48,000 nucleotides of DNA from Cyanobacteria bacterium J06554_1 (GCA_038534515.1 JBCAWO010000033.1:8613-56612), one strand, 5' to 3'. Shown: positions 35,701 to 43,895, counted from the stretch's first letter. Made by a program: numbers and translations. Notes: generated from the letters alone by a model not told the origin.

Positions 35701-37437
35701 GCTATCCTCCACCATAAAGCGGGTGCGCTCTACCGGATAGGCCGGATCAATGGGCAGATAGGCAGCCCCCGCTTTTAGAATAGCTAGAATGCTGACAATC
35801 ATGGAGACTGAACGCTCCATGAACAGACCCACGGTTACACCTTTCTGGATGCCCTGTTTACCTAGATAGTGGGCCAGCTGATTAGCTTGTGCATTTAGCT
35901 CAGCGTAGGTGAGGATTTGCTTGCCAAGCACCACCGCTATTTGGTCAGGTGCAAGATCTACCTGCTGCTGAAACCGTCCTACCAGGGTTTGAGTATATCT
36001 GAGGGTCTCTTTTCTTTGATCACTTGCCAACGCCTGGCCCGACCCAAACAGCAAGGCTCGCTCTTCTGCAGCCAGAATATCTACCGCTTCAATTTCCTGG
36101 TGCGCATCGTCTAGCCAAGCATCCAACAGGTTATAAAAGTGTTCAGTTGCCCACTGACGTTGCGTATCAGCAATTAAATCGCTATTAAAATCAAACTGCA
36201 GTGTGAAACTTCCGGTGGCATCAAAGTCCTGCACCTCTAGCCGCAGATGGTGCTGGCTGTCTCCATACCCTGAATGAATCCAGTCTGTTTTGACTGGCAT
36301 GCCATAAAACTCGGGAAAAGTAACGTTGATGTAGCTGAGAACAACATTGACATCGCGGCTAATGCCATGGTGACTGACACCGGACTGGGCATAGCGCAAA
36401 AATGCCATGGACTCCCTGGCCACCTTGCCTAAAAGCGAGGTAAAAGTTTCCCCTGGTTCAATGTCCACCTGGAGTGGAAACAGCTCCATAAAGACTCCCG
36501 GTGTCTCTTTTAGAACCGGTGTTGGTCGATTATGGGCTGGGGCGGCAATGGCTAGTTTATGGCTGCCACTGATTCGATACAGATAGGCAAACACCAGGGT
36601 TAAAAACAGATTGAACTGGGACTGATGAATGGATAATGTTCGAGCTTCTGGGGTTTTGGCTAAGGCTCGTAACGCCTCAGATCGCTCTGGCCCTAGTTCA
36701 AAATAGGTGCGTTCTGTGCGAGCGGTGGCTACCTCTGCTGTCTGGCCATTCTGACCATACAGGGGCACTGACGATGGTATGTGCTCTCGTTTCTGTTGCC
36801 AATGGGTGATGGCCTGCCACGCTGGCTGCTGTTCTGACTCAGCATAGTGAAGAAAGGCGGGCAGGTCAGCGGCTGTCGCCAATGTACCGGTTAGCGATTG
36901 GCCATAGTATTCCTGTAACCGTCGGTAGAGCAGTGAAACCGACCAGTTATCGGTAATTAAGTGATGCTGATTTAAATACCAAATAAACCGATCCGACGAT
37001 AGTTTTAGCAGTGCCGAATCAAATAAACAATCTTGCAGGTTTAGCAGACAGGTGGAACGCTGCTGCATCCATGTCTGTGATGCCTGGATAGGATCTATAT
37101 CTGTAGAAAAATCTATAACTGGAAGCAAATAGTTTGATGTGGCAGCGACCGTCTGCTGCGGAACACCGTCCGCCTCGGTGATGGTCAGACGGAGAATATC
37201 GCTATGGGCTACTAAGGCTTGAAATGCCCGTTGGAAGTGGGCAGGGTCAATCTCTCCTTGGATGGTGAAACTAAACACCATGTTGTACAGGGGAGCCTTT
37301 GGGTTGAGCTTTTGGCCCAACCATAGCAGCAGCTGCCCCGGCGTCAGGTTGGATTTTGCTGCCAGGGTATCAATCTGTTGGCCTAATCCTTTGGACTGAC
37401 CTTTGGACTGACCCTTGGACTGACTATCCGGCACCAT
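32761..37437 (-). CDS. NRPS module C(starter-type)-A-T-E
   Basis: The C domain reads LTPGQLLLWLGQKL...HHLITDNWS. A motifs are LAYILFTSGSTGQPKGV, FDVSVWE, NGYGPTE, YKTGDQARY, GRLDHQVKIRGFRVELREVE, LPDYMVPTAF and NGKVDR. The T domain is DNFFDLGGDSITA. E motifs are PLTPIQQSFFE, HHLAVDGVSW and EGHGRE. Confidence 0.95.
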   Translation of the reverse strand: MVPDSQSKGQSKGQSKGLGQQIDTLAAKSNLTPGQLLLWLGQKLNPKAPLYNMVFSFTIQGEIDPAHFQRAFQALVAHSDILRLTITEADGVPQQTVAATSNYLLPVIDFSTDIDPIQASQTWMQQRSTCLLNLQDCLFDSALLKLSSDRFIWYLNQHHLITDNWSVSLLYRRLQEYYGQSLTGTLATAADLPAFLHYAESEQQPAWQAITHWQQKREHIPSSVPLYGQNGQTAEVATARTERTYFELGPERSEALRALAKTPEARTLSIHQSQFNLFLTLVFAYLYRISGSHKLAIAAPAHNRPTPVLKETPGVFMELFPLQVDIEPGETFTSLLGKVARESMAFLRYAQSGVSHHGISRDVNVVLSYINVTFPEFYGMPVKTDWIHSGYGDSQHHLRLEVQDFDATGSFTLQFDFNSDLIADTQRQWATEHFYNLLDAWLDDAHQEIEAVDILAAEERALLFGSGQALASDQRKETLRYTQTLVGRFQQQVDLAPDQIAVVLGKQILTYAELNAQANQLAHYLGKQGIQKGVTVGLFMERSVSMIVSILAILKAGAAYLPIDPAYPVERTRFMVEDSNVAILLTQQALMATCPVGQLKDRIICLEPHGDAIAQEPTGAPAVELTAQDLAYILFTSGSTGQPKGVMVEHRNVLAMVNGFEQTAPAGEQLRGTALCSYGFDVSVWEIFSNLCFGGTVYLVPPETVASHNQFAQYLITHDITSAYIPPALLSMVVQELERSDHKIVLNRILVGVEPIQQKLLQRYRQRIPQLRIVNGYGPTETTVCATFYAFNTVTDPQGIVPIGKAVPGYEVYVVNDQGQQVPMGIKGEIVIGGAGLSRGYLNRPELMAERFIENPFGAGKLYKTGDQARYLPDGNLEFLGRLDHQVKIRGFRVELREVEAALNQHPSIQQGVVIAEKTNQGRQSLLAYVVTSESSLTHGEIRDALQQTLPDYMVPTAFILLDYLPLTPNGKVDRPLLSSPDYTQRQRLGTDRDYVAPGNEWETHLAAIWAQCLRIESVGIYDNFFDLGGDSITAIQIAAQATEAGLPLSPQQILQHLTVAGVLAQIKSTQLLGADQVHTTDQVPLTPIQQSFFEQNLTEPHHWNQSLLLDVAQALDPSALETALQHLVQRHNILSCQFILGESGWQQRQGIPGRLLNYVDLSHRSVVSQDRAMAATEADLQTSLDLTTGKLVQAALFNLGDNRPNRLLLIIHHLAVDGVSWLMLLNDLETAYRQTQGEKVARALPTMSFQTWSTELGKTVSSGAFQSELAYWLGTAKGAVPPLPKDNARISADNRVASAHTLTTCLTVEQTHRLLRELPKVARARVNEILLTALARSLCNQTNQLLLDLEGHGREEAIVPGANLVRTVGWFTTVFPLLLTLPQTDAGEQLRSVKEQVRQVPRNGIGYGLLRYLGGDPEVKAQLEAQPQPDILFNYLGDLAGLVPPGSMFQLARGLELSRSPQGQRRYLLEVNAAVVRGQLQVEWTYGQRHRRETIQGWAEGMMRGVRSQITHYLSPESKQDTTITPVDFPLANLDRQKLGKIAALLNRSGSQSDSGG
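37388..37423. repeat. three tandem 12-bp units encoding (QSKG)3 at the NRPS N-terminus
   Basis: The units read cctttggactga cctttggactga cccttggactga. They lie just inside the 5' end of the 32761..37437 CDS and abut the carrier-protein stop at 37424. Confidence 0.8.
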
Positions 37438-37711
37438 GGCTGATTCTCCCCATTAGATACTGATCAATGGCTTCAATGGTGCGAAAGTGTTGAATCGTAA
37501 TGTCTTCTAGGGGGACCTTAAGGGCAAAGGTCTCTTCGACAAAAGCAACTAGCCGCATCATCCCCAGGGAGTCGATGATCTCTCCCACCAGCAGATCGTC
37601 GTCAGCTTCGACCTGCATACGGCCATTGAGTAGAACATCACTGATGTAGGTTTGGAGCACTGACTGATGGTTGGCACTTTCTTGGGGCTGAACAGGTTGA
37701 GTGGTTGTCAT
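37424..37711 (-). CDS. free-standing acyl/peptidyl carrier protein
   Basis: The 95-aa product starts at the internal ATG at 37711, preceded by an AGGAGA Shine-Dalgarno sequence. The phosphopantetheine site is IIDSLGMMRLVAFVEE. The 153-aa tracked ORF extends upstream into the preceding gene and is unlikely to be real. Confidence 0.85.
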   Translation of the reverse strand: MTTTQPVQPQESANHQSVLQTYISDVLLNGRMQVEADDDLLVGEIIDSLGMMRLVAFVEETFALKVPLEDITIQHFRTIEAIDQYLMGRISHGAG

Positions 37712-37721
37712 GGTTTTTCTC

Positions 37722-37753
37722 CTGGGGCTAGATGGGCTAGATGGGCTAGATAG
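37722..37753. repeat. ~3.5 tandem 9-bp units (gatgggcta) at the A-domain/carrier-protein junction
   Basis: The sequence reads ctggggcta gatgggcta gatgggcta gatag. On the minus strand every unit contains TAG, and one of these is the stop of the 37746..39365 CDS. Confidence 0.75.
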
Positions 37754-39365
37754 TTGAGGGTTCACGGGATTCGGCGGCGGATTGCAGTCGGGCAATGGCC
37801 TGGGTTTGTAAGGTGCGCCGGTCGATTTTGCCGCTGGTGGTGCGGGGAAAGGAGGTTGCGATCGCAACCCTTTCCGGCACCGCATAGGCAGGCAATCGTT
37901 GCGCCGCCTGGCGTTTTAGCTCAGCCTCATCCAGCCCCCCATCCGGTTTCAAAATCACCGCCGCCTCAATCTGTTGGCTGCCCCCCGCCAGGGGCACCCC
38001 ATAGGCCGCCGCTTCTTCTACCTGGGGGTGCCCCACCAATGCCGCTTCCACCTCATCTAGCTCGATGCGATAGCCCCGCGTTTTAATCTGCCGGTCCTTG
38101 CGACCCACAAACTGATAGTTACCATCCGGCAGCTGCTGCACCAAATCCCCCGTGCGATAGAACACCGCCATTTGATGGGCCATCTCAGTCCGGTAGAAAA
38201 CTCGCTCATTTAGGTCGGGTCGCTGCCAGTAGCCGTTCATCATGGTGGGGGTGCGCACCAGCAGTTCACCCACCTCCCCAGACGCCACTAGCTGGTCCTG
38301 GTCGTCCACCACGCGCTCTTCCGCGTTGGCCCAAATTTGGCCAATGGGGGCAACTTCTTCTGGGATGGCCCGTCCATTTTTCAGCGGCGGCACGTGGTAA
38401 TAGCTGCACTGATTGATTTCTGCCGGGCCATACACATTACTAAAACGTGCCTGGGGTAGGCGCTCCATGAGGCCATACATGTACTTTGCCGGGTAGGGCT
38501 CACCGCCAAACAGCACCCATCGCAGCGAGCTCAGGTCTCTCTCATCTAACACGCCCCGTAACAACAGCTGGATCAGGGCAAACGGTACTGAATACCAGAC
38601 GGTTAATGCTTCATCCTGGGCCAGCTGAGAGAGACTGGCGGGCATCTTGGTATAGGCTTCAGGAATAATCACCGTGGTTGCCCCCACCAGCGGCCCTGAG
38701 AAGTAGTCGAGGGTGGACATATCAAAGTGCAGGGGCGAGTGGTTGCCCAGGCAATCTGTATGGGTCAAACCGTAGGTTTGGGCGGCCATGCGCGCATAGC
38801 TGAGACCGCTGCGATGGGTGTGCATAATTCCCTTGGGGGTGCCCGTAGACCCCGAGGTATACATAATGTAGGCCAGGTCTTGCTCCATCACGCGGACAGG
38901 GGGCGACGTGTCACTAGGGAGAATGTTTGGCCAGTCGCGACGCTGTACCGAGCGCGGCAAGGTAAAACTCTCTGGTAGCCCAATGATGCAGTTTAATTTG
39001 GGGGCGGCTGTCAGCAGATCCGACATCCGCATCCGCTTAGACTTTTGGGTAATCAGGTGGCGGATGCCGCAGTGGTCAAGGGTATAAGCCGTGCGGGCTA
39101 ACGGCGCACTGGGATCTAACGGTACATAGGCAGCCCCAGCTTTCCAGATGCCGTAAATGGCGACGGCACTCTCCAGACTCTTACTCAGGTAAATGCCTAC
39201 CCGGTCTCCCCGCTGTACCCCCAGGTCAATCAGGGTATGGGCCAGGCCATTTGCCTGTTGTAACAGTTCGCCATAGGTAAGACGTTTCCCCTCACAGCGA
39301 AACGCTTCGCGTTCAGAAAACTGTTCGGCGGAACGGTCTAAAATGTGAGACAACAAATACATCAT
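37746..39365 (-). CDS. stand-alone adenylation enzyme (amino-acid/DltA-like A domain)
   Basis: Motifs present are LTYGELLQQANGLA, LAYIMYTSGSTGTPKGI, HFDMS, NVYGPAE, YRTGDLV, GRKDRQIKTRGYRIELDEVE and TTSGKIDRR. There is no fused carrier domain. Confidence 0.85.
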   Translation of the reverse strand: MMYLLSHILDRSAEQFSEREAFRCEGKRLTYGELLQQANGLAHTLIDLGVQRGDRVGIYLSKSLESAVAIYGIWKAGAAYVPLDPSAPLARTAYTLDHCGIRHLITQKSKRMRMSDLLTAAPKLNCIIGLPESFTLPRSVQRRDWPNILPSDTSPPVRVMEQDLAYIMYTSGSTGTPKGIMHTHRSGLSYARMAAQTYGLTHTDCLGNHSPLHFDMSTLDYFSGPLVGATTVIIPEAYTKMPASLSQLAQDEALTVWYSVPFALIQLLLRGVLDERDLSSLRWVLFGGEPYPAKYMYGLMERLPQARFSNVYGPAEINQCSYYHVPPLKNGRAIPEEVAPIGQIWANAEERVVDDQDQLVASGEVGELLVRTPTMMNGYWQRPDLNERVFYRTEMAHQMAVFYRTGDLVQQLPDGNYQFVGRKDRQIKTRGYRIELDEVEAALVGHPQVEEAAAYGVPLAGGSQQIEAAVILKPDGGLDEAELKRQAAQRLPAYAVPERVAIATSFPRTTSGKIDRRTLQTQAIARLQSAAESREPSTI

Positions 39366-39367
39366 CG

Positions 39368-40516
39368 CTAAAGCCCCAACGAACGCGCAATAATGTTGCG
39401 CTGAATATCTGAGGTGCCTGCATAAATCACCCCGCCGATGGCATCTCGCAGGTCCCGCTCTACCTCATATTCAGTGAGATAACCATTGCCCCCGTGGATG
39501 CGCACTGCGTCTAGCCCCGACGCCACAAAACACTCGCTGAGATATAGCTTGAGTAGGGCCGCCTCTAGCATAGCGGGCTGTCCGTGTTCTTTGAGCCACG
39601 CCACCTTGTACAGCAGCAGCCTGGCGGTTTCCAGCCGCAGTTTCATATCAGCCACCCGGTTTGACACCGACTGAAACTTACCAATGGGCTGACCATACTG
39701 CTCCCGTGACTTGGCATAGTCGATGGTTTTCTCGAGCTGACGCTCCATTGTCCCCAGCTCGCTGGCCAGGTTAAAACAGCGGTCGTATTCTAATGAGTTG
39801 TGGGAGAAGCTAAACCCTGCCCCCTCTGGCCCCAGCCGATTTTCTGCGGGCACAAAACAGTTCTCAAAGAAAATCTCCCCAAAGGGCACTGTCCGTAGCC
39901 CCATTTTGTCCTTGACGGGACCGGTGGAAAATCCATCGGACGAACGCTCCACTAGAAAAGCGGTTACCCCCCATTTACCCAGGCTAGGGTCAACGGTGGC
40001 AAAGACTAAGGCCAAATCACAGATGGGGGCACAGGTAACAAACTTTTTGCTGCCGTTGAGCACATAGCCGCCGTCACACTTGTTGGCCTGGGTTTTTAGA
40101 CTGTAAACATCTGACCCAGCATTGGGCTCAGACAGGGCATGCACCCCAATCCACTCGCCGTTACACAGCCGTGGCAGATATTTCTGCTTTTGCTCGTCTG
40201 TCCCAAACTGTTGCAGTAAAATTTGGACCGTCCACATCTGGGCATTAAGACCCAGGGTGAGGCCATTGTCTTCACAGCCGTAGCCCAGGGCCTCCATGGC
40301 CAGCACCGCCGTCATAATATCCAGGGCTGGGGAACCGCTATATTCCTCTGGAATACACATGCCCTGGATACCAAACTCAGCACACTTTTTCCAGTTCTCC
40401 CAGGAAAATTTGCCGTGGTGGTCCCGTTCGACAATATCGCCATTCAGGTTTTCTTGCGCAAACTGAATCACGCGCTGCTTAAAAGCAAGTTGTTTATCTG
40501 ACCAGGAGAAATCCAT
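39368..40516 (-). CDS. acyl-CoA dehydrogenase-family flavoprotein (candidate aminoacyl-S-carrier-protein dehydrogenase)
   Basis: The ACAD-like N-terminus is MDFSWSDKQLAFKQ. Other matching stretches are ALSEPNAGSD, GSKKFVT and the C-terminal YAGTSDIQRNIIAR. The tracked ORF starts at TTG 40558, but the ATG at 40516 fits the family N-terminus better. Confidence 0.85.
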   Translation of the reverse strand: MDFSWSDKQLAFKQRVIQFAQENLNGDIVERDHHGKFSWENWKKCAEFGIQGMCIPEEYSGSPALDIMTAVLAMEALGYGCEDNGLTLGLNAQMWTVQILLQQFGTDEQKQKYLPRLCNGEWIGVHALSEPNAGSDVYSLKTQANKCDGGYVLNGSKKFVTCAPICDLALVFATVDPSLGKWGVTAFLVERSSDGFSTGPVKDKMGLRTVPFGEIFFENCFVPAENRLGPEGAGFSFSHNSLEYDRCFNLASELGTMERQLEKTIDYAKSREQYGQPIGKFQSVSNRVADMKLRLETARLLLYKVAWLKEHGQPAMLEAALLKLYLSECFVASGLDAVRIHGGNGYLTEYEVERDLRDAIGGVIYAGTSDIQRNIIARSLGL

Positions 40517-40564
40517 TTTCAGTGTTGGGGTGGGGCAGTTAGGAGTCAGGTGAGGCAAGAAAAA

Positions 40565-41665
40565 CTACAGAACAAAGCTGTAGGGATTTTGGGATTCGGC
40601 GGCGCTTTCTAACTCCACCAACGTGCCGATGTCTAATTCGGTGGCGTAGTCTAACAGCATGTTCATGGCCACCTGATCTTCGAGGGCAAATCCTGTGGAA
40701 TCAAAGACGGTCGGCTGTTGCTGATGGTGACGATACTGGTCTGGTTTTTTAACTACGTTAGATAGCTCGTCCCCAATTTTTGTTAGGTCCTTAAGCTGCT
40801 GACATTCTCCCTCACGAATGGCCTGATCTCGAAAGTCAGGGCACACAAAACTGCGCTCTAAAAGACTCAAGGGCACCTCAAACTTACCGGGAAAATCTGC
40901 TCCGACCGCGTTGACGTGGAGCCAGGGTTTGAGGTTTTGGTCGGGAAAAACAGGACCGTTGTTTACATTGACCGAGGTGGCGGTACAGAGAATATCGGCC
41001 GTGGCAACAATGTCAGCTATCTCTGCCTGGCGGATTGTCAGATGGTCTAAGCCCAAACAGGCAACGCGCTCAGAAAATGACTGACTGACCGCCCCATCGC
41101 TGTCAAAAATGAGCACCTGGGTGAGGTCAAAGCAGCGGGAGAGCGCGTGGAGCTGGGTTACCGCCTGGGCTCCTGCACCAATGAGACCGAGGGTTTGGCT
41201 GCTGGGGGAGGCCAAGTGTTGGGTTGCGATCGCAGACGCTGCCCCCGTTCGTAATGCCGTCAAGAACGTACCATCAATCACAGCTGCCAAATGGCCCGAT
41301 GCCGGATCATAGGCGGAAACCGTAGACAGCACCGTTGGTAGGCTATGTAAGCTCGGATTTTGAGGATGATAGCCCACCGCTTTAACTACAATCTGCCGAT
41401 ATTTCTCAAACAACGGCATCCACTCCACCAGCCCCATATGGGGACGGTCATAGCTAAACCCGGTTCTTACGGGCACCACAGTTTTAGTCGGATCAAACTG
41501 TTCAAAGGCATGGATGAGTCGAGCAATCATCTCATCCATGAGCCCATCTAACCCCACGTGCTCAACAATCAGCCGAATATCCTCAACCGAAAGCACCAGG
41601 GTTTTTAATCGCGGCGTAGACGCCACAACAGCATTAATCGCACTAGTTTGTGCCAAAGAAACCAT
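40565..41665 (-). CDS. ornithine cyclodeaminase / mu-crystallin family enzyme
   Basis: The 366-aa product has the NAD Rossmann motif LGLIGAGAQAVTQLHAL. The surrounding pattern (DGTFLTALRTGAASAIAT, NAVGAD) is typical of OCD and lysine cyclodeaminase. Confidence 0.8.
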   Translation of the reverse strand: MVSLAQTSAINAVVASTPRLKTLVLSVEDIRLIVEHVGLDGLMDEMIARLIHAFEQFDPTKTVVPVRTGFSYDRPHMGLVEWMPLFEKYRQIVVKAVGYHPQNPSLHSLPTVLSTVSAYDPASGHLAAVIDGTFLTALRTGAASAIATQHLASPSSQTLGLIGAGAQAVTQLHALSRCFDLTQVLIFDSDGAVSQSFSERVACLGLDHLTIRQAEIADIVATADILCTATSVNVNNGPVFPDQNLKPWLHVNAVGADFPGKFEVPLSLLERSFVCPDFRDQAIREGECQQLKDLTKIGDELSNVVKKPDQYRHHQQQPTVFDSTGFALEDQVAMNMLLDYATELDIGTLVELESAAESQNPYSFVL

Positions 41666-41726
41666 GAGAAAACTGTTCGATAAATAGCTGCTTACAACCG
41701 TGACGCGTCTGCCCCGTTAACAGGGT

Positions 41727-42950
41727 CTAAAACAGACCTTGCAGCACCGGTAAAACGCGAATATTGATACCAAATGCCCGCTCAATAAACCAGTAGAGCG
41801 ACATTGCTCCCAACAGCAAAGCACCTGTTTTCATGACAACGCTGGGATAAAATTTCTGCCTACGCAATAAATAGAGCACAGGAAAGACCACCGCAATAAT
41901 TGCCAGCTGCCCAATTTCCACCCCTAAATTAAACCCAAACAGAGACAGCAGCGGATACTGACTGGTAACTCCAAGTTTGGTCAGTACATCGGCAAAGCCA
42001 AAGCCATGGAATAGCCCAAAGAGAAAAATAATAAACCATGAACGACCCCGAAAAATAGGGTAGAAAATATCCACAGCCGCTAATCCAATCGACGCGGCAA
42101 CGACTGATTCCACTATTCTGGAAGGAACCTGTACCAGCTGCAGTGTGGCCAAGCCAAGCGTAATGCTATGGGCAACCGTAAAGGCAGTCGCAACCTTAAT
42201 AATATAGATAAGCGACGTTGAGAATTTACCCACCGGTTGCCACCTTGAGTCTTCCTGTCGTCGTAGCACTGATGGCAACAGCAGAGCTACCAAAAAAAGA
42301 ACGTGATCAATACCTTTTATAATGTGGAGAATCCCAAGGTTAACGATGGCTGAGAAACCTTGCCATAACCCCCCAGATGAAAGATCTAAGGTCTGGGTTT
42401 GCCCCGGCTGCCTAAAGATCATCAGTGGATTAGACTCATTCTGAAACGTACCCGTTTTCCAGTTCTCTTCCACCAGTAACATATTAGTGTGCTGCGGCAG
42501 CTGTTCTAGAATTACATCGTAGGTAACATCGATGGCGCTCGGCAATACTTGAAACCCTTCTAAGTCATACTCCAGCAGCAAAAACTGAGAAAATGTTGTA
42601 TTCAGAAACCGAAAGTCTTGAAAAACCAGATCGCAGGTTTCTGGAGCACAATCCAGAGTGACATTCTCATCTACATAGGTTTTAATCTGCTCCATGTGAG
42701 GAGCTATGGCCTCCTTACTAACTTTTTTGTCAGCCGGTAGATCTAGCTCAAGCACCTGGGTAAGCTCCTTAACAGGCATCTCCACCCTGGCTGATATAGC
42801 ATCTTCCCTAATCTGGAAATATATGTAGCTTTGACCCAAATTGTGTGCTGTTGTAGCAGGCACCAGAGACGGGCTAAAAATGCATAGTAAACACGCCAAG
42901 ATTGCAAGTACAGTCCTGGCCGCAGTCGAGCGCATCAGCTTATTAAGCAT
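41727..42950 (-). CDS. HupE/UreJ_2-like membrane protein with an N-terminal extracytoplasmic domain
   Basis: A signal/TM segment and a ~190-aa soluble domain are followed by a polytopic region containing GIDHVLFLVALLLP and HGFGFA. The tracked ORF starts at TTG 42995. I prefer the ATG at 42950. Confidence 0.5.
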   Translation of the reverse strand: MLNKLMRSTAARTVLAILACLLCIFSPSLVPATTAHNLGQSYIYFQIREDAISARVEMPVKELTQVLELDLPADKKVSKEAIAPHMEQIKTYVDENVTLDCAPETCDLVFQDFRFLNTTFSQFLLLEYDLEGFQVLPSAIDVTYDVILEQLPQHTNMLLVEENWKTGTFQNESNPLMIFRQPGQTQTLDLSSGGLWQGFSAIVNLGILHIIKGIDHVLFLVALLLPSVLRRQEDSRWQPVGKFSTSLIYIIKVATAFTVAHSITLGLATLQLVQVPSRIVESVVAASIGLAAVDIFYPIFRGRSWFIIFLFGLFHGFGFADVLTKLGVTSQYPLLSLFGFNLGVEIGQLAIIAVVFPVLYLLRRQKFYPSVVMKTGALLLGAMSLYWFIERAFGINIRVLPVLQGLF

Positions 42951-43895
42951 GATCGTTATCGGGCCCCTAAACGCCCCTCCCAAGTTACTAATCAAATGTC
43001 AGGAATAACTGATGTTGCCTTAAGGCTAATGCCCTTTAGGACCCAAGCCAGCCCAGAAAGCTAAAGTACCTGTGTTCAGGCATACACAATGTCGTAATAC
43101 TTCTTTTAAAAAGTATACATTAGCCTCCCCCCGGTTCAAAACACCATGGGTTTAACCTGTGACTGTTGCATTGCCATCACTTAAGCCTGCTCACTATCAT
43201 TTAGTACGACTTAATCTAAAAACTGGTTTTAAAGCTGAAATAAACCTTCCTTAAAGGAAACGTAAAGACTGTAGTCTAGCTATCAAAGTAATCACCACAA
43301 GCGAGCCCAGTGGTGTGCTCTCAAAGTATTGCAATGCATCAATCGCTTGACGGTTGTTGTAATAAGCCAAACAACCATTACACACATACGATGTCTCCGC
43401 TAATCTATTTTAGGTAACCCTACAGAAACAAATCATGGGGCTAAAGACCCAAATTATGGCCTAGGTCTTTGACCCTAAATGAAATAAAGTGTGGCAAGTT
43501 AAGGCATGCTTAAAGCATAATTAGAATTAGCTGAAAGCTTGATGTCGTTAAACTAATTCGAAGAGAATATTAATTAGCTGCAGACCAGTCGCTACTGGTT
43601 CCGTCTAACTGGGGCCTAATGATATGGGAGAGGATGAAGTCCGCTGATATAATTTGCCATCCTTCCAGTGATAGGCGGCTGATATGGATCAGCTAGGGCA
43701 CGACCTAACCCTATGCAAAAAGGTAAAATTCTCGACCAAAATCACCCCATCGCTTTAATCTCCCTGATACTCTTCTAAAAAAATATCTGCGTATTTTTTA
43801 ATCAGGTAATAACACATTTGAATCTCTACAGTTTCAGGGTCGTAAAAAGCATTTTCTTTACCACACGAGGAAATCAGCACGCCCGTGGATTAACG

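Noticed and set aside
37424-37885. The 153-aa long form of the carrier-protein ORF.
   Set aside because: The first 58 aa overlap the 3' end of the A-enzyme gene. They are a Pro/Ser-rich read-through of the 9-bp repeats. An internal ATG at 37711 with an AGGAGA Shine-Dalgarno sequence gives a normal 95-aa carrier protein.
43260-43400. A possible transposase (rve-core C-terminal) remnant on the minus strand (AYYNNRQAIDALQYFE).
   Set aside because: Only about 15 aa show weak resemblance. The conserved RxH/LxxxTP residues are not present, and stops flank the stretch. It is mentioned only as a lead inside the gap finding.
43750-43875. A ~40-aa minus-strand ORF (GTG start, ...KENAFYDPETVEIQMCYYLIKKYADIFLEEYQGD) just downstream of the DUF1993 gene.
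   Set aside because: The peptide looks protein-like. However, it has no ATG start, no Shine-Dalgarno sequence and no homology I recognise, and it is too short to call without conservation data.
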